DNA from: Syntrophomonadaceae bacterium
Lineage (GTDB): Bacteria; Bacillota; Dethiobacteria; DTU022
Direction of reading: 5' to 3'
Assembly (NCBI GenBank): GCA_003550645.1
Contig: PUKV01000040.1
Location: 1-52,405 of the forward strand
Length of the DNA: 52,405 nucleotides
How positions within the stretch are numbered: position 1 is the stretch's first letter; every line of letters begins with the position of its first letter. Both the position numbers and the translations under genes were made by a program. The notes beneath the pieces were generated by a model. It did no database searches. It was given only the letters and a program-made list of their open reading frames with translations, and was not told the DNA's origin. Below, piece by piece: positions 8,619 through 17,229 of the stretch.

Positions 8619-8981
8619 CTACCCTTCCAGCTTGGCCAGAGCTTCGGCGATCCGGTCAGGTTGAAATGGCTTCACAACAAAATCTTTAGCCCCGGCATTG
8701 AGGGCTTCGATAACCAGGCTTTTTTGCCCCATGGCGCTGACAACTACTACTGTAGCTGTGGGATCAAAACTCATAATTTCCTTAATAGCCGTTATCCCAT
8801 CCATGTTAGGCATGGTAATGTCCATGGTTACGAGCGACGGTTTAAGCTCTTTATATAAATCGACCCCTTTTTGACCATCCTCGCCTTCACCCACTACCTC
8901 ATAGCCATTTTTCTCAAGCATGCTTTTTAAAGTCATTCTCATAAAAGCGGTATCATCGACTACCAGCACTGTTTTACTCAA
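8619..8981 (-). CDS. cheY: Chemotaxis response regulator CheY
   Basis: Receiver domain (VLVVDDTAFMR, LVTMDITMPNMDG, VVKPF). The ORF extends to 8999, but AAGGGAGGG lies 6 nt before a TTG at 8981, so I prefer 8981. The start is uncertain. Confidence 0.88.
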   Translation of the reverse strand: MSKTVLVVDDTAFMRMTLKSMLEKNGYEVVGEGEDGQKGVDLYKELKPSLVTMDITMPNMDGITAIKEIMSFDPTATVVVVSAMGQKSLVIEALNAGAKDFVVKPFQPDRIAEALAKLEG

Positions 8982-11133
8982 TGTAATCCCTCCCTTCACT
9001 TAAAAGGCCGGCAACATCGATTATAAGTGTTACGCTGCCGTCGCCAAGTATTGTCGCCCCGGCGATACCCTTCAATCCCCTGATCAGCTCACCAAGGGAT
9101 TTTATCATGATTTCCTGCTGGCCAATCAAGTCATCAACGATAAATCCAGCCCTGCGCCCGGCTGCTTCTACAATTACCACAGAATATTCATCCTCAGAAA
9201 GCCCGCCGTTTCCAAACCCCAGCAGGTCGCTCAGGGTATGTAGCGGAATCACTTCCCCTCTCAGGTTAACCACCGGATTACCGCGAATAGTTTTTATTTC
9301 CCGGCGATCCAGGTAAACGTTTTCCCGGATCACTTCTACCGGTATAGCATAAAGTTGATTAGATGATTTGACCAGCAGCGTGGTGATAATGGCCAGTGTA
9401 AGGGGCAAACGCATTTCAAAGCGGGTCATGACCCCAATTTCACTGGATACTTCCACCGTTCCATGCAGGGCTTCAATACTGTTTCTGACCGCATCCATGC
9501 CCACCCCCCGGCCGGAAACATCGGTCACCTGTTCCGATGTACTGAACCCGCTAAAAAAAATCAGGCCGACCAGGTCATCATCACTTAGCTGGCCAAATTC
9601 CTCTTCAGTGATTAGCCCCTTTTGGACGGCACTCCGCCCGACTTTTTTAGGATCGATCCCCCCGCCATCATCTTCTACAGTGATTACAACCTGGTTCCCT
9701 TCGTGACAGGCTTTCAAGTAGATTGCTCCTTCGGGCTTTTTGCCTTTCTTGACCCTGTCTTCAGGGGATTCAATTCCATGATCAAAAGCATTGCGCAGTA
9801 AATGAACCAGCGGATCCGATAGCCGGTTAATAATGGATCGGTCAAGCTCGGTTTCTTCCCCGCTGATATGAAGCTGCACTTTTTTCCCTTTCTCCCGGCA
9901 TAAATCGCGGACCATCCTGGGAAAACGCCCGAAAACCTGCTCTATCGGGACCATCCGCAACTCCATGGCTGTACCCTGTAAATTAGTAATGGATCTTTTC
10001 AGCTGATCGATGGTAGTGTCCAGTTCCTCATTAAAACCGTGCCCAATTTCAGAAATCCTGGTTCTTGCCACCACCATTTCGCCTACCAGGTTTACCAGGT
10101 CATCCAGTTTCTGCGTTTCCACCCTGACCATTTTATCGACCGCCCTGGTCACCTGCCGGCCGGGCTCTTCTTCCAAAGAAACCTGACTTTCAGGTTTTTC
10201 TTCAACCTGCACCTGTTCCCCGGTTTGCTTCTGCAATCCGTCGCTTCCTGCTTCACCATCTGGATTGTCAGAGATTTTTTCCACATCCAGGCAGGATGGA
10301 TTTCCTCTTTCCGGGCTTTCCTCAAGTTCGGCAGCCTTTTTCCCCGCAGTCTCTTCTTCCTGGCCAGCTGCTTCTCTGCCCGCTTCCTCCCAGGGCAATA
10401 TTATCACTTTATCTACATCAGTAATTTGCAGTACTTTATCTTGAACTTCTTCGGAGTTATTGTTTTGTGGCACAAAAAGAACCTGGAAATCAAAGTCGAA
10501 TTGCTCATCCTCCAGCTCCTGCTGAGTTGGAACCGAAGCTATAACTTCTCCGCATTCTTCCAGCGCTTTAAAAACCATGTAAATACGGACCGATTTCATT
10601 AAAACATCTTCTTTAAAAATTACATGGACCAGGCAGGGATGTTCCCCCCTTTCAAAGGCCTGACGCAGGATTTCTTGATCCATAACCCCGAGCTGGAATG
10701 AAGTCTTTGCCTGTTCTTCTTCATTTTGCTCCACTATAGCTTCTGTATCTTCACTATCGCGAGTTTTTTCCATTTCAGCCATTAATCTTTCCCATTTTCC
10801 CTGGTCTTCGGGACTGGACTCCTCCGGATGCTCCAGTGATTCCTGGAGCAGATCAACAGCTTCAAAAATCAGATCAATTACTGCAGGGCTGGGTTCCCGT
10901 TCGAAAGTCTTGAAGTCTTCCATGAAATTTTCCAGGCCGTGAGCTATGCTGGTTACATGCTGGTAACCCATTGTCCCGGCCATACCTTTCAAGCTGTGGA
11001 CTGCCCGGAATGCTTCTTTAAGCTGTTCACTATCCCGGGGGTTTTCTTCCAGTTTAAGCAAGCACTGGTTCAAAACCTGCATGTATTCCCCGGCTTCGGC
11101 TTGAAAAAGCTCTGCATATTGTCTGACATCCAT
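8974..11133 (-). CDS. cheA: Chemotaxis histidine kinase CheA, with a long acidic linker
   Basis: 719 aa. Hpt (AFRAVHSLKGMAGTMGY), dimerisation and HATPase domains (LVHLLRNAFDHGIE, DDGGGID, GRGVGMDAV), and a C-terminal CheW-like domain. Confidence 0.93.
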   Translation of the reverse strand: MDVRQYAELFQAEAGEYMQVLNQCLLKLEENPRDSEQLKEAFRAVHSLKGMAGTMGYQHVTSIAHGLENFMEDFKTFEREPSPAVIDLIFEAVDLLQESLEHPEESSPEDQGKWERLMAEMEKTRDSEDTEAIVEQNEEEQAKTSFQLGVMDQEILRQAFERGEHPCLVHVIFKEDVLMKSVRIYMVFKALEECGEVIASVPTQQELEDEQFDFDFQVLFVPQNNNSEEVQDKVLQITDVDKVIILPWEEAGREAAGQEEETAGKKAAELEESPERGNPSCLDVEKISDNPDGEAGSDGLQKQTGEQVQVEEKPESQVSLEEEPGRQVTRAVDKMVRVETQKLDDLVNLVGEMVVARTRISEIGHGFNEELDTTIDQLKRSITNLQGTAMELRMVPIEQVFGRFPRMVRDLCREKGKKVQLHISGEETELDRSIINRLSDPLVHLLRNAFDHGIESPEDRVKKGKKPEGAIYLKACHEGNQVVITVEDDGGGIDPKKVGRSAVQKGLITEEEFGQLSDDDLVGLIFFSGFSTSEQVTDVSGRGVGMDAVRNSIEALHGTVEVSSEIGVMTRFEMRLPLTLAIITTLLVKSSNQLYAIPVEVIRENVYLDRREIKTIRGNPVVNLRGEVIPLHTLSDLLGFGNGGLSEDEYSVVIVEAAGRRAGFIVDDLIGQQEIMIKSLGELIRGLKGIAGATILGDGSVTLIIDVAGLLSEGRDYIE

Positions 11134-11165
11134 ATCAATGACCTCCCTGCGGATAAACCGGTATT

Positions 11166-12923
11166 TTAAAGATCGTAGCTTTCTATTACATCTTCAAATT
11201 GTATTTCAGTTATTCTTATACCAAGCTGATCGTTGATCATCACCACCTCACCCCTGGCCAATAGCTTGTTGTTGGCCATCAATTCAACCGGATCATGCAC
11301 ATTGCAGTCCAGTTCGACTATTCCGCCTTTATCCAGTGCAAACAGTTTGCCCAGCGGCACCCTTGTAGTCCCCAGCACAACTTCAATATCCATCGGTATG
11401 TCTTTGACCAGTTCCAGCTTCTGCAGGTCTATTTCAGGCTCCGGGACTTTTTGCGCAGCAGTGGGCCTGGAAGCACTTTCTTGCTTACTTGCAGTAGTCT
11501 CAACGGTCGCTTCTTCCCGCCCGTCAACATATTCAACCTCCGGCAAAATTTCCTCCACACCGGGAGTTTGTTCCGGTCCTGGATCGGGGGCCGGGTCAGC
11601 TTGCCCGTGCAGGAGATCTCCGGCCATTATTTTTGCAAAATCTACCGGTATAACCTGGATCATAACGCTGTCAATAAGATCCTCCACCCGGATGGAGAAC
11701 TCGACATGGACTACCTCATCGTTTATGTCGAGCCCATAGATTTGTGAACGTTCATTGGATAAATCGATTTGCTCCAGCTTTGGAGGGGTTATATCTATGG
11801 GGCGTTGAAACAGTTCCGACATTGACGTCGCCATCGATCCCATCATCTGGTTCATTGCTTCCTGGACGGCGCTGATTTCAATCTCGTTTAAAGGACCTTC
11901 TTTTCCTTCCGGCGATTCCCCCATCATCAGGGCGGCAATTATCAGGGCATCCTGCTCCTTGATGATCAGAACATTGCTTCCTTCCAGGCCGGAGGTATAC
12001 TTCACTTCCACCATAAGACAGGGCAGGGGATACTCTTCCTGTATCTCCCGGACTTTACGTACATCCAGAGAAGGGGTAGTAATATCAACAACTTTGTTCA
12101 ATAATGTAGAGAGGGCTGTTGCTGAAGCACCCAGTGATATGTTACCCACTTCTCCGATGGTATCTTTCTCCAATTCACTTAGTTGTGCTTTATAAGCCGG
12201 GGTTTCTTCAGTATTGATTATAACCGTCTCTACATCATTACCCAGCTCGTCTTCATGCTCTTGATTGGAACCGGGTTCAGAAACCGCCTCTGGCCCGGAG
12301 TCACCGTCCTCCGGTACAGAGGCTGTTTCTGGTTCGCCTGTCAAAAGCTGGGCAGCCATTTTTTTGGCAAACTCAAGGGGTATTACCTGGACCATTATAC
12401 TGTCAATTATATCTTCCACTTTCATTGTAAACTGAACATGGACTACTTGATTGTTGGTATTAAAAGGCGGAACTTCAGGCTCTTCTTCAGAAAAATTTAT
12501 CAGTTCAATCCTGGGTGTGGTTATTTCTATAGTCCTTTGAAATAGTTCCGACATCGAGGTGGCCATTGAACCCATCATCTGGTTCATTGCCTCCTGGACA
12601 GCGCTCAATTCAATCTCGTTTAAAGGCCCTTCCTTGCCTTCCGGTGATTCCCCCATCATCAAGGCGGCAATTATCAGGGCATCCTGCTCCTTGATCAGGA
12701 GCATATTGCTTCCTTCCAGGCCCGATATATACTCCACTTCGACCAGGAGGCAGGGTATGGGATACTTTCGGCTTATCTCGCTGCTCTCAAGCACTGCAAG
12801 GCGTGGTGTAGTTATATCAACCATTTTATCCAGAATGGTTGATAAGGCCGTAGCAGAAGCACCCAGGGATATATTCCCTACTTCGGCTATGGTGTCTTTT
12901 TCCAGTAAACTGAGCTCTTCCAA
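11166..12923 (-). CDS. fliY: Flagellar motor switch phosphatase FliY with a duplicated CheC-like domain and a C-terminal FliN/SpoA domain
   Basis: 585 aa. Two CheC-like modules (aa 4-196 and 248-441), each with two D/S-x3-E-x2-N-x22-P motifs. The C-terminal SpoA domain is DIEVVLGTTRVPLGKLFALDKGGIVELD...ARGEVVMINDQLGIRITEI. Confidence 0.85.
   Translation of the reverse strand: MEELSLLEKDTIAEVGNISLGASATALSTILDKMVDITTPRLAVLESSEISRKYPIPCLLVEVEYISGLEGSNMLLIKEQDALIIAALMMGESPEGKEGPLNEIELSAVQEAMNQMMGSMATSMSELFQRTIEITTPRIELINFSEEEPEVPPFNTNNQVVHVQFTMKVEDIIDSIMVQVIPLEFAKKMAAQLLTGEPETASVPEDGDSGPEAVSEPGSNQEHEDELGNDVETVIINTEETPAYKAQLSELEKDTIGEVGNISLGASATALSTLLNKVVDITTPSLDVRKVREIQEEYPLPCLMVEVKYTSGLEGSNVLIIKEQDALIIAALMMGESPEGKEGPLNEIEISAVQEAMNQMMGSMATSMSELFQRPIDITPPKLEQIDLSNERSQIYGLDINDEVVHVEFSIRVEDLIDSVMIQVIPVDFAKIMAGDLLHGQADPAPDPGPEQTPGVEEILPEVEYVDGREEATVETTASKQESASRPTAAQKVPEPEIDLQKLELVKDIPMDIEVVLGTTRVPLGKLFALDKGGIVELDCNVHDPVELMANNKLLARGEVVMINDQLGIRITEIQFEDVIESYDL
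11601..12914 (-). repeat. In-frame tandem duplication inside fliY (two units, offset 732 nt / 244 aa)
   Basis: The units lie at about 12336-12914 and 11601-12182. Both contain the identical stretches IKEQDALIIAALMMGESPEGKEGPLNEIE and SAVQEAMNQMMGSMATSMSELFQR. Nucleotide similarity is visible by eye (for example 11820-12000 versus 12545-12730). Confidence 0.85.
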
Positions 12924-12934
12924 ATTACCCCTCC

Positions 12935-13288
12935 TCAGCGCAGGTTTTCTATTCTCTCTTTAGGATGAATGATATTTTTTAAGCGTACACCAAAGGTTTC
13001 GCCAACCGTTATCACTTCGCCCTCAGCAAACGACTTGCCGTTAACAACCAGCTCAACCGGGTCGTCAATCAATTTATCCAGTTCGATTACCGTGCCAACA
13101 GTAAGGTTTAAGAGTTGACCAATTGTTTTCCGGGCCTCGCCGAGGCGCACGGAAACTTCAAGTGGAAAATCCAGCACCAGCTTAAGTTTTAAGTCCATTT
13201 TCAGCTCTTCTTCACGACTTGAATCTTCGTTTAAAAGAGCATTCATTTCTTCTTCGGATAAGATGTTTCGGCTATCCATAGTTATCAC
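12935..13288 (-). CDS. fliN: Flagellar motor switch protein FliN (SpoA domain) with an N-terminal LSxxExxALL-type peptide
   Basis: 117 aa. LSEEEMNALLNE at the N-terminus; SpoA core LEVSVRLGEARKTIGQLLNLTVGTVIELDK...NGKSFAEGEVITVGETFGVRLKNI. The start overlaps the end of fliM. Confidence 0.8.
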   Translation of the reverse strand: MITMDSRNILSEEEMNALLNEDSSREEELKMDLKLKLVLDFPLEVSVRLGEARKTIGQLLNLTVGTVIELDKLIDDPVELVVNGKSFAEGEVITVGETFGVRLKNIIHPKERIENLR

Positions 13289-14291
13289 TCGCTTTGTCTT
13301 TTTCTTCAGTTACCCGTTCCACTATTTTTACGGCCAGCCGTTTACCCCTGGTCCCGGGTTGGACTTTAAAAAGTGGTTTATCTTCCACCAGCATTTCCAA
13401 ATGTTCTCCACTCTGCCTCTTCAGGGGCAGCACATCCCCTTCCTGGAGCTGTAAAAAATCATCAAGGGTAATTCTTGCCTTACCCAGCACCGCTTTTACT
13501 TCCGCTTCCGGGGCCTGCAGACATCTATCGATGTCCCCGGGTTTATTTTGGGAAGCCGACTGCTGGAACTGGTTGAACCAGTGCTGGGCAGTCAGGCTGG
13601 ATAAGACATGCTCAAGACCCATGAACGGAAAACAGAGATTAATAAAACCCTGGACATTCTGAACACTGGCGGAAAAAGTAACCAGGGCTACTGTTTCACT
13701 GGAAGCAATAACCTGGTTAAACTGGGGGTTGGTGTCCATGCTTTCAATCTGGGGGTCAAGCTGAACAATGCCTTTCCAGGCATAACTAAGGTTATCCAGG
13801 AACTTTTCATTGATCTGTCTCATAACAGATATTTCTATCTCGGTCAACTCCCTGATTTTCCCGGGCTGCCTGCCTTCACCCCCGAACAGGAGGTCGATGA
13901 TGGTAAATACAAAATTGGGGTTAGTTTCCAGCATAGCCACGCCCATGTCTTTCGACATGTTAAATATCGTCATCAGAGTGGGGACAGGAAGTGAAAAAAC
14001 GAACTCTTCATATGATACCTGGGCTACGGAAACCACCTGCAGTTTAACCGGGACTCTTAAAAAAGATGTCAAAAAGTTACCCATGATCCGGGCATAATTC
14101 TCATGGATAATCTGGAGGGTCCTGATCTGTTCCTTCGAAAATTTGGTCGGCCTCCGAAAATCATAAGAACTATATTCCTCGGTAACTTCATCGGTTTCTT
14201 CCTCTAAGTTACCACTGGATATGGCATTGATCAGGGAATCAATTTCAGATTGGGTCAATGCGTCTTTTGACAATTTTTCACCTCCCCACAA
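13272..14291 (-). CDS. fliM: Flagellar motor switch protein FliM
   Basis: 339 aa. N-terminal CheY-P binding motif LTQSEIDSLINAI, FRRPTKFSKEQIRTLQIIHENYAR, and a C-terminal SpoA-like region. Confidence 0.92.
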   Translation of the reverse strand: MWGGEKLSKDALTQSEIDSLINAISSGNLEEETDEVTEEYSSYDFRRPTKFSKEQIRTLQIIHENYARIMGNFLTSFLRVPVKLQVVSVAQVSYEEFVFSLPVPTLMTIFNMSKDMGVAMLETNPNFVFTIIDLLFGGEGRQPGKIRELTEIEISVMRQINEKFLDNLSYAWKGIVQLDPQIESMDTNPQFNQVIASSETVALVTFSASVQNVQGFINLCFPFMGLEHVLSSLTAQHWFNQFQQSASQNKPGDIDRCLQAPEAEVKAVLGKARITLDDFLQLQEGDVLPLKRQSGEHLEMLVEDKPLFKVQPGTRGKRLAVKIVERVTEEKDKASDNYG

Positions 14292-14312
14292 TCATACTGG
14301 CCCAAATAAATC

Positions 14313-15098
14313 CTAACCTCTTACCAGCAGGGTAAGCGCCTTAAGTTCATCTGCCGTTATCATGCTCCTGGTATTGCCCTGGAGCGCTCGCTGGCTGGCG
14401 ATCAGGTGAACCATTTCCATGGCCAGGTCAACATTGGAGCCTTCCAAATGGTACTGGCGCAATGTACCTAAACCATTTGTCCCCGGCAGCCCCTGTTCGG
14501 GTTCTCCGGAGGCTTCAGTAACTTCAAAAAGGCCGGCACTGTCCTTGGATAACCCTCCCCGGTTGACAAATGTATATAATTCAATTTCTCCCAGTTCTAC
14601 CATTACTCCTGCTTCATTTTCCCCGCTTACCTGCCCGTTGGGGCCGACAATTACGGTATTGATCATAATGCCGTCCAGGTCAAAATCAACGTCCAGATGT
14701 TCTCCACGATCGGTTACGATATTTCCACCTTCATCTACGTAAAATGCCCCCCGGCGGGTATAAGCCTCGGTGCCGTCCTCCCTGATAATCCTGAAAAACC
14801 CATCACCTTCAATCGCCAGGTCCAGTGAACGTTCCGTCTGCTGAAGCGGTCCCTGGTCAAAAAAGCGGGTTACCGGGTACATATGGGTTCCCTTTCCTCT
14901 TATTGGAGCCAGTCCTCCAGGCAGAGGATCAACAGCATACCTTTTATCCTGCAAATCGGAATAGAGCAGTTCAGTAAACGAGACTTCCGACTTTTTATAG
15001 CCATGAGTATTGACATTGGCCAGGTTATCGGCAATTTGCTGCAGCGACCGCTGATAAGCGGCGATACCGGAATAAGCATTGAAAAATGATCGTCCCAT
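14313..15098 (-). CDS. flgG: Flagellar basal-body rod protein FlgG
   Basis: 261 aa. N-terminal IADNLANVNTHGYKK and C-terminal SNVDLAMEMVHLIASQRALQGNTRSI-type motif. Confidence 0.85.
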   Translation of the reverse strand: MGRSFFNAYSGIAAYQRSLQQIADNLANVNTHGYKKSEVSFTELLYSDLQDKRYAVDPLPGGLAPIRGKGTHMYPVTRFFDQGPLQQTERSLDLAIEGDGFFRIIREDGTEAYTRRGAFYVDEGGNIVTDRGEHLDVDFDLDGIMINTVIVGPNGQVSGENEAGVMVELGEIELYTFVNRGGLSKDSAGLFEVTEASGEPEQGLPGTNGLGTLRQYHLEGSNVDLAMEMVHLIASQRALQGNTRSMITADELKALTLLVRG

Positions 15099-15133
15099 TA
15101 GATCTCACCTCTCTCATTATCGGCAATAATAAA

Positions 15134-15904
15134 TCAGACTGAAGATCCAACCTCATTGGCAGCTTTGTCCAGCAGTTGATCGTAAGTGATCATGATTTTC
15201 TGGGCCGCCTCGTAGGTGCGCCTTACCTTCATTAACTGGGCCATTTCCCGGGGCAAGTTGGCATTCGATCCTTCCAAAAAGCCGGATATTAATTCAAAAT
15301 CTTCCTCGTCTTCTGCGGCATCGGTAGCGAAATAGTTGTTGCCGACTTTTTCCATCCCGGCATCGGGGCCAAAAGCGGCAATATCCAGCTGGCCGGCATC
15401 CTGTGTTTCACCATTTTCATCTAGATAGTATAAAGTGCCATCCCGCCTGGTGTATACTTCATCAGTAGGGACATTGATCGGACCCCCTACCCCCTGCACA
15501 GGATATCCATCAGCTGTAACCAGGGTCCCATCCGCATCGAGCATAAAGCGGCCATTCCTGGTATACAAGATCCCTTCTTCCCCCTCTACCTGGAAAAAGC
15601 CGTTTCCGACGATGGCAAAGTCCAGGTGGCGCTCGGTGACCTCCAGAGGGCCCTGGGCAAATGATGTTACCGTTTCCTGGGTAGCTACATTATGGGCTTT
15701 AGAACCCAGGGGGTGCAGGGCTCCAACCCGGCCGGCATCTTTTTCCGGGCGAAGTTCATAAATCATCCATTCGGCAAAACTGGTTTCCACTCCCTGGTCC
15801 CTTTTAAATCCGGCACTCCTGAGGTTGGCCAGGTTATTACTTATCACCTGCAGCTGGGCCTGCTGAACCAGCATGGCTCCTTCGGAAAGGTATAATCCGC
15901 GCAT
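15134..15904 (-). CDS. Flagellar basal-body rod protein, FlgF/FlgG family
   Basis: 256 aa. ISNNLANLRSAGFKRD and C-terminal SNANLPREMAQLMKVRRTYEAAQKI. Confidence 0.8.
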   Translation of the reverse strand: MRGLYLSEGAMLVQQAQLQVISNNLANLRSAGFKRDQGVETSFAEWMIYELRPEKDAGRVGALHPLGSKAHNVATQETVTSFAQGPLEVTERHLDFAIVGNGFFQVEGEEGILYTRNGRFMLDADGTLVTADGYPVQGVGGPINVPTDEVYTRRDGTLYYLDENGETQDAGQLDIAAFGPDAGMEKVGNNYFATDAAEDEEDFELISGFLEGSNANLPREMAQLMKVRRTYEAAQKIMITYDQLLDKAANEVGSSV

Positions 15905-15934
15905 ATACTTTAACTCCTCTCTTTAAACTCATCC

Positions 15935-16417
15935 TCACCTGGCCGTTTTTTTGATCAACCGCCCGGTTATATTTTCCTGCATGGAAATGATCAACTCAAT
16001 TTCACCTTTGCCCAACCGGGTCCGGGAAGCGATTTCCGCTACCTGGCACCCTTCATTCCACAGCTGTAAAACCTGGTTTCGATCGATAGCCCGTTCAGGC
16101 GAACGAATCTGCCTGACCACGTTACTTAATTGCCGATCCTTTTTTTTGGTCGGATCAGGCTCAGGATTGGGGCCTTCTTTTTCTTCAGCAACCGGCTTCA
16201 ATTTCTCAATTCCTTCCACTTCCGGCTTTTCCAGTTCAGCAACTTTCTTTTCCATTAACTCCAGCCGCTTTTTTAATACTGTCAGGCTGCCCAGTTGACC
16301 GTTGGCGGCAAGTTCTTTGTGCATCAGCTTTTGGAACACCGGCACATCGCTAAACTGGCGCTGCCAGAACCAGCTTACAGCTACACCCAGTAAAAATCCA
16401 ATTATTAAGTAACCCAT
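15935..16417 (-). CDS. Single-pass membrane protein with a coiled coil and a C-terminal HTH-like segment (function unknown; positional analogue of B. subtilis swrB)
   Basis: The ORF extends to 16495 and would overlap fliA. The ATG at 16417 is preceded by GGGGAGGTG and gives MGYLIIGFLLGVAVSWFW (TM helix). A coiled coil follows (LKKRLELMEKKVAELEK), and the C-terminus reads LWNEGCQVAEIASRTRLGKGEIELI. Confidence 0.5.
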   Translation of the reverse strand: MGYLIIGFLLGVAVSWFWQRQFSDVPVFQKLMHKELAANGQLGSLTVLKKRLELMEKKVAELEKPEVEGIEKLKPVAEEKEGPNPEPDPTKKKDRQLSNVVRQIRSPERAIDRNQVLQLWNEGCQVAEIASRTRLGKGEIELIISMQENITGRLIKKTAR

Positions 16418-16457
16418 GCAGCACCTCCCCGGTGGCAACATATATCCTGCTTGTTCA

Positions 16458-17225
16458 TTAAATACCACCTGTCTCCGGATCAGCCAGGATCTCACGCAGC
16501 CTTTCTACAGCCCGGGCATGCAGCTGGGAAATCCTGGCCGCTGATACCTTCATCAATTCGGCAATCTCCTTTTTGGTCAACTCCTCGTAATAGAACAGCG
16601 AAAGCATCAATCTTTCCCTGGATGGCAGCTTATCCAGGGCTGCAGCCAGCCTCTCAATCTGTTCTTTATCGGTTAAAACTTCCTCGGGGGTTTGCTCTGG
16701 AGATGCAATTACCCCTTCCAGCTTAAGGCTTTCTTCCCCATCAGAGGAAAGAATTACTTTTTCCAGGGAAACAACAGTCATCAGGTTATAATTTGCCCAG
16801 ACCTGTTCAACCGTTGAAGGAGACCAGCCAAGTGCTGAAGCAACTTCTTCCCGTTCAGGCTCCCGGTTCAAGGCCTGCCGCAGTTTTTCTTCAGCCTCAT
16901 GCACCTGGCGAAACTGGTTAAAGAAAGACCTCGGTGCAGGGCTGCTTCTGCGTATTTCATCAATCATGGCCCCTTTGATCCGCCAGGTGGCGTAAGTGGA
17001 AAACTGAACTCCCCGGCTGCTCTCATACCTTTCCCAGGCTTCAATCAAGCCAATTATACCGCTGCCCACCAGGTCTTCCTCGTCCAGGGACGGAGGCAGG
17101 GCAATGCTGAGTTTTCCGGCAAGTTTTTTGATCAGGGGCATGTACCTGGTTATGGCCTCTTCCCTGCTGATACCTTGATCTTGCTCCTCGTAAATTTTTT
17201 TTGCATTACGCTGCAGCATGTTCAC
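16458..17225 (-). CDS. fliA: Flagellar sigma factor sigma-28 (FliA/SigD/WhiG family)
   Basis: 255 aa. Region 2 (DLVGSGIIGLIEAWERYE...FSTYATWRIKGAMIDEIR) and region 4 (LSLFYYEELTKKEIAELMKVSAARISQLHARAV). Confidence 0.9.
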   Translation of the reverse strand: MNMLQRNAKKIYEEQDQGISREEAITRYMPLIKKLAGKLSIALPPSLDEEDLVGSGIIGLIEAWERYESSRGVQFSTYATWRIKGAMIDEIRRSSPAPRSFFNQFRQVHEAEEKLRQALNREPEREEVASALGWSPSTVEQVWANYNLMTVVSLEKVILSSDGEESLKLEGVIASPEQTPEEVLTDKEQIERLAAALDKLPSRERLMLSLFYYEELTKKEIAELMKVSAARISQLHARAVERLREILADPETGGI

Positions 17226-17229
17226 CCCT

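Noticed and set aside
10039-10602. 187-aa plus-strand ORF, and many similar plus-strand ORFs (for example 18367-19029, 34951-35487, 31483-32004, 20637-21149)
   Set aside because: All lie antisense to well-supported minus-strand flagellar or che genes. Their translations are low complexity (S/P/R/F-rich), they show no Shine-Dalgarno sequences, and they carry no recognisable motifs. They are typical shadow ORFs.
15117-15124. Perfect sigma-28 -10 box GCCGATAA in the flgF-flgG spacer
   Set aside because: No TAAA-like -35 occurs at the required 15-nt spacing (TTCA instead). The box also lies only about 17 nt from the flgG start, leaving almost no leader. It is kept as a note only.
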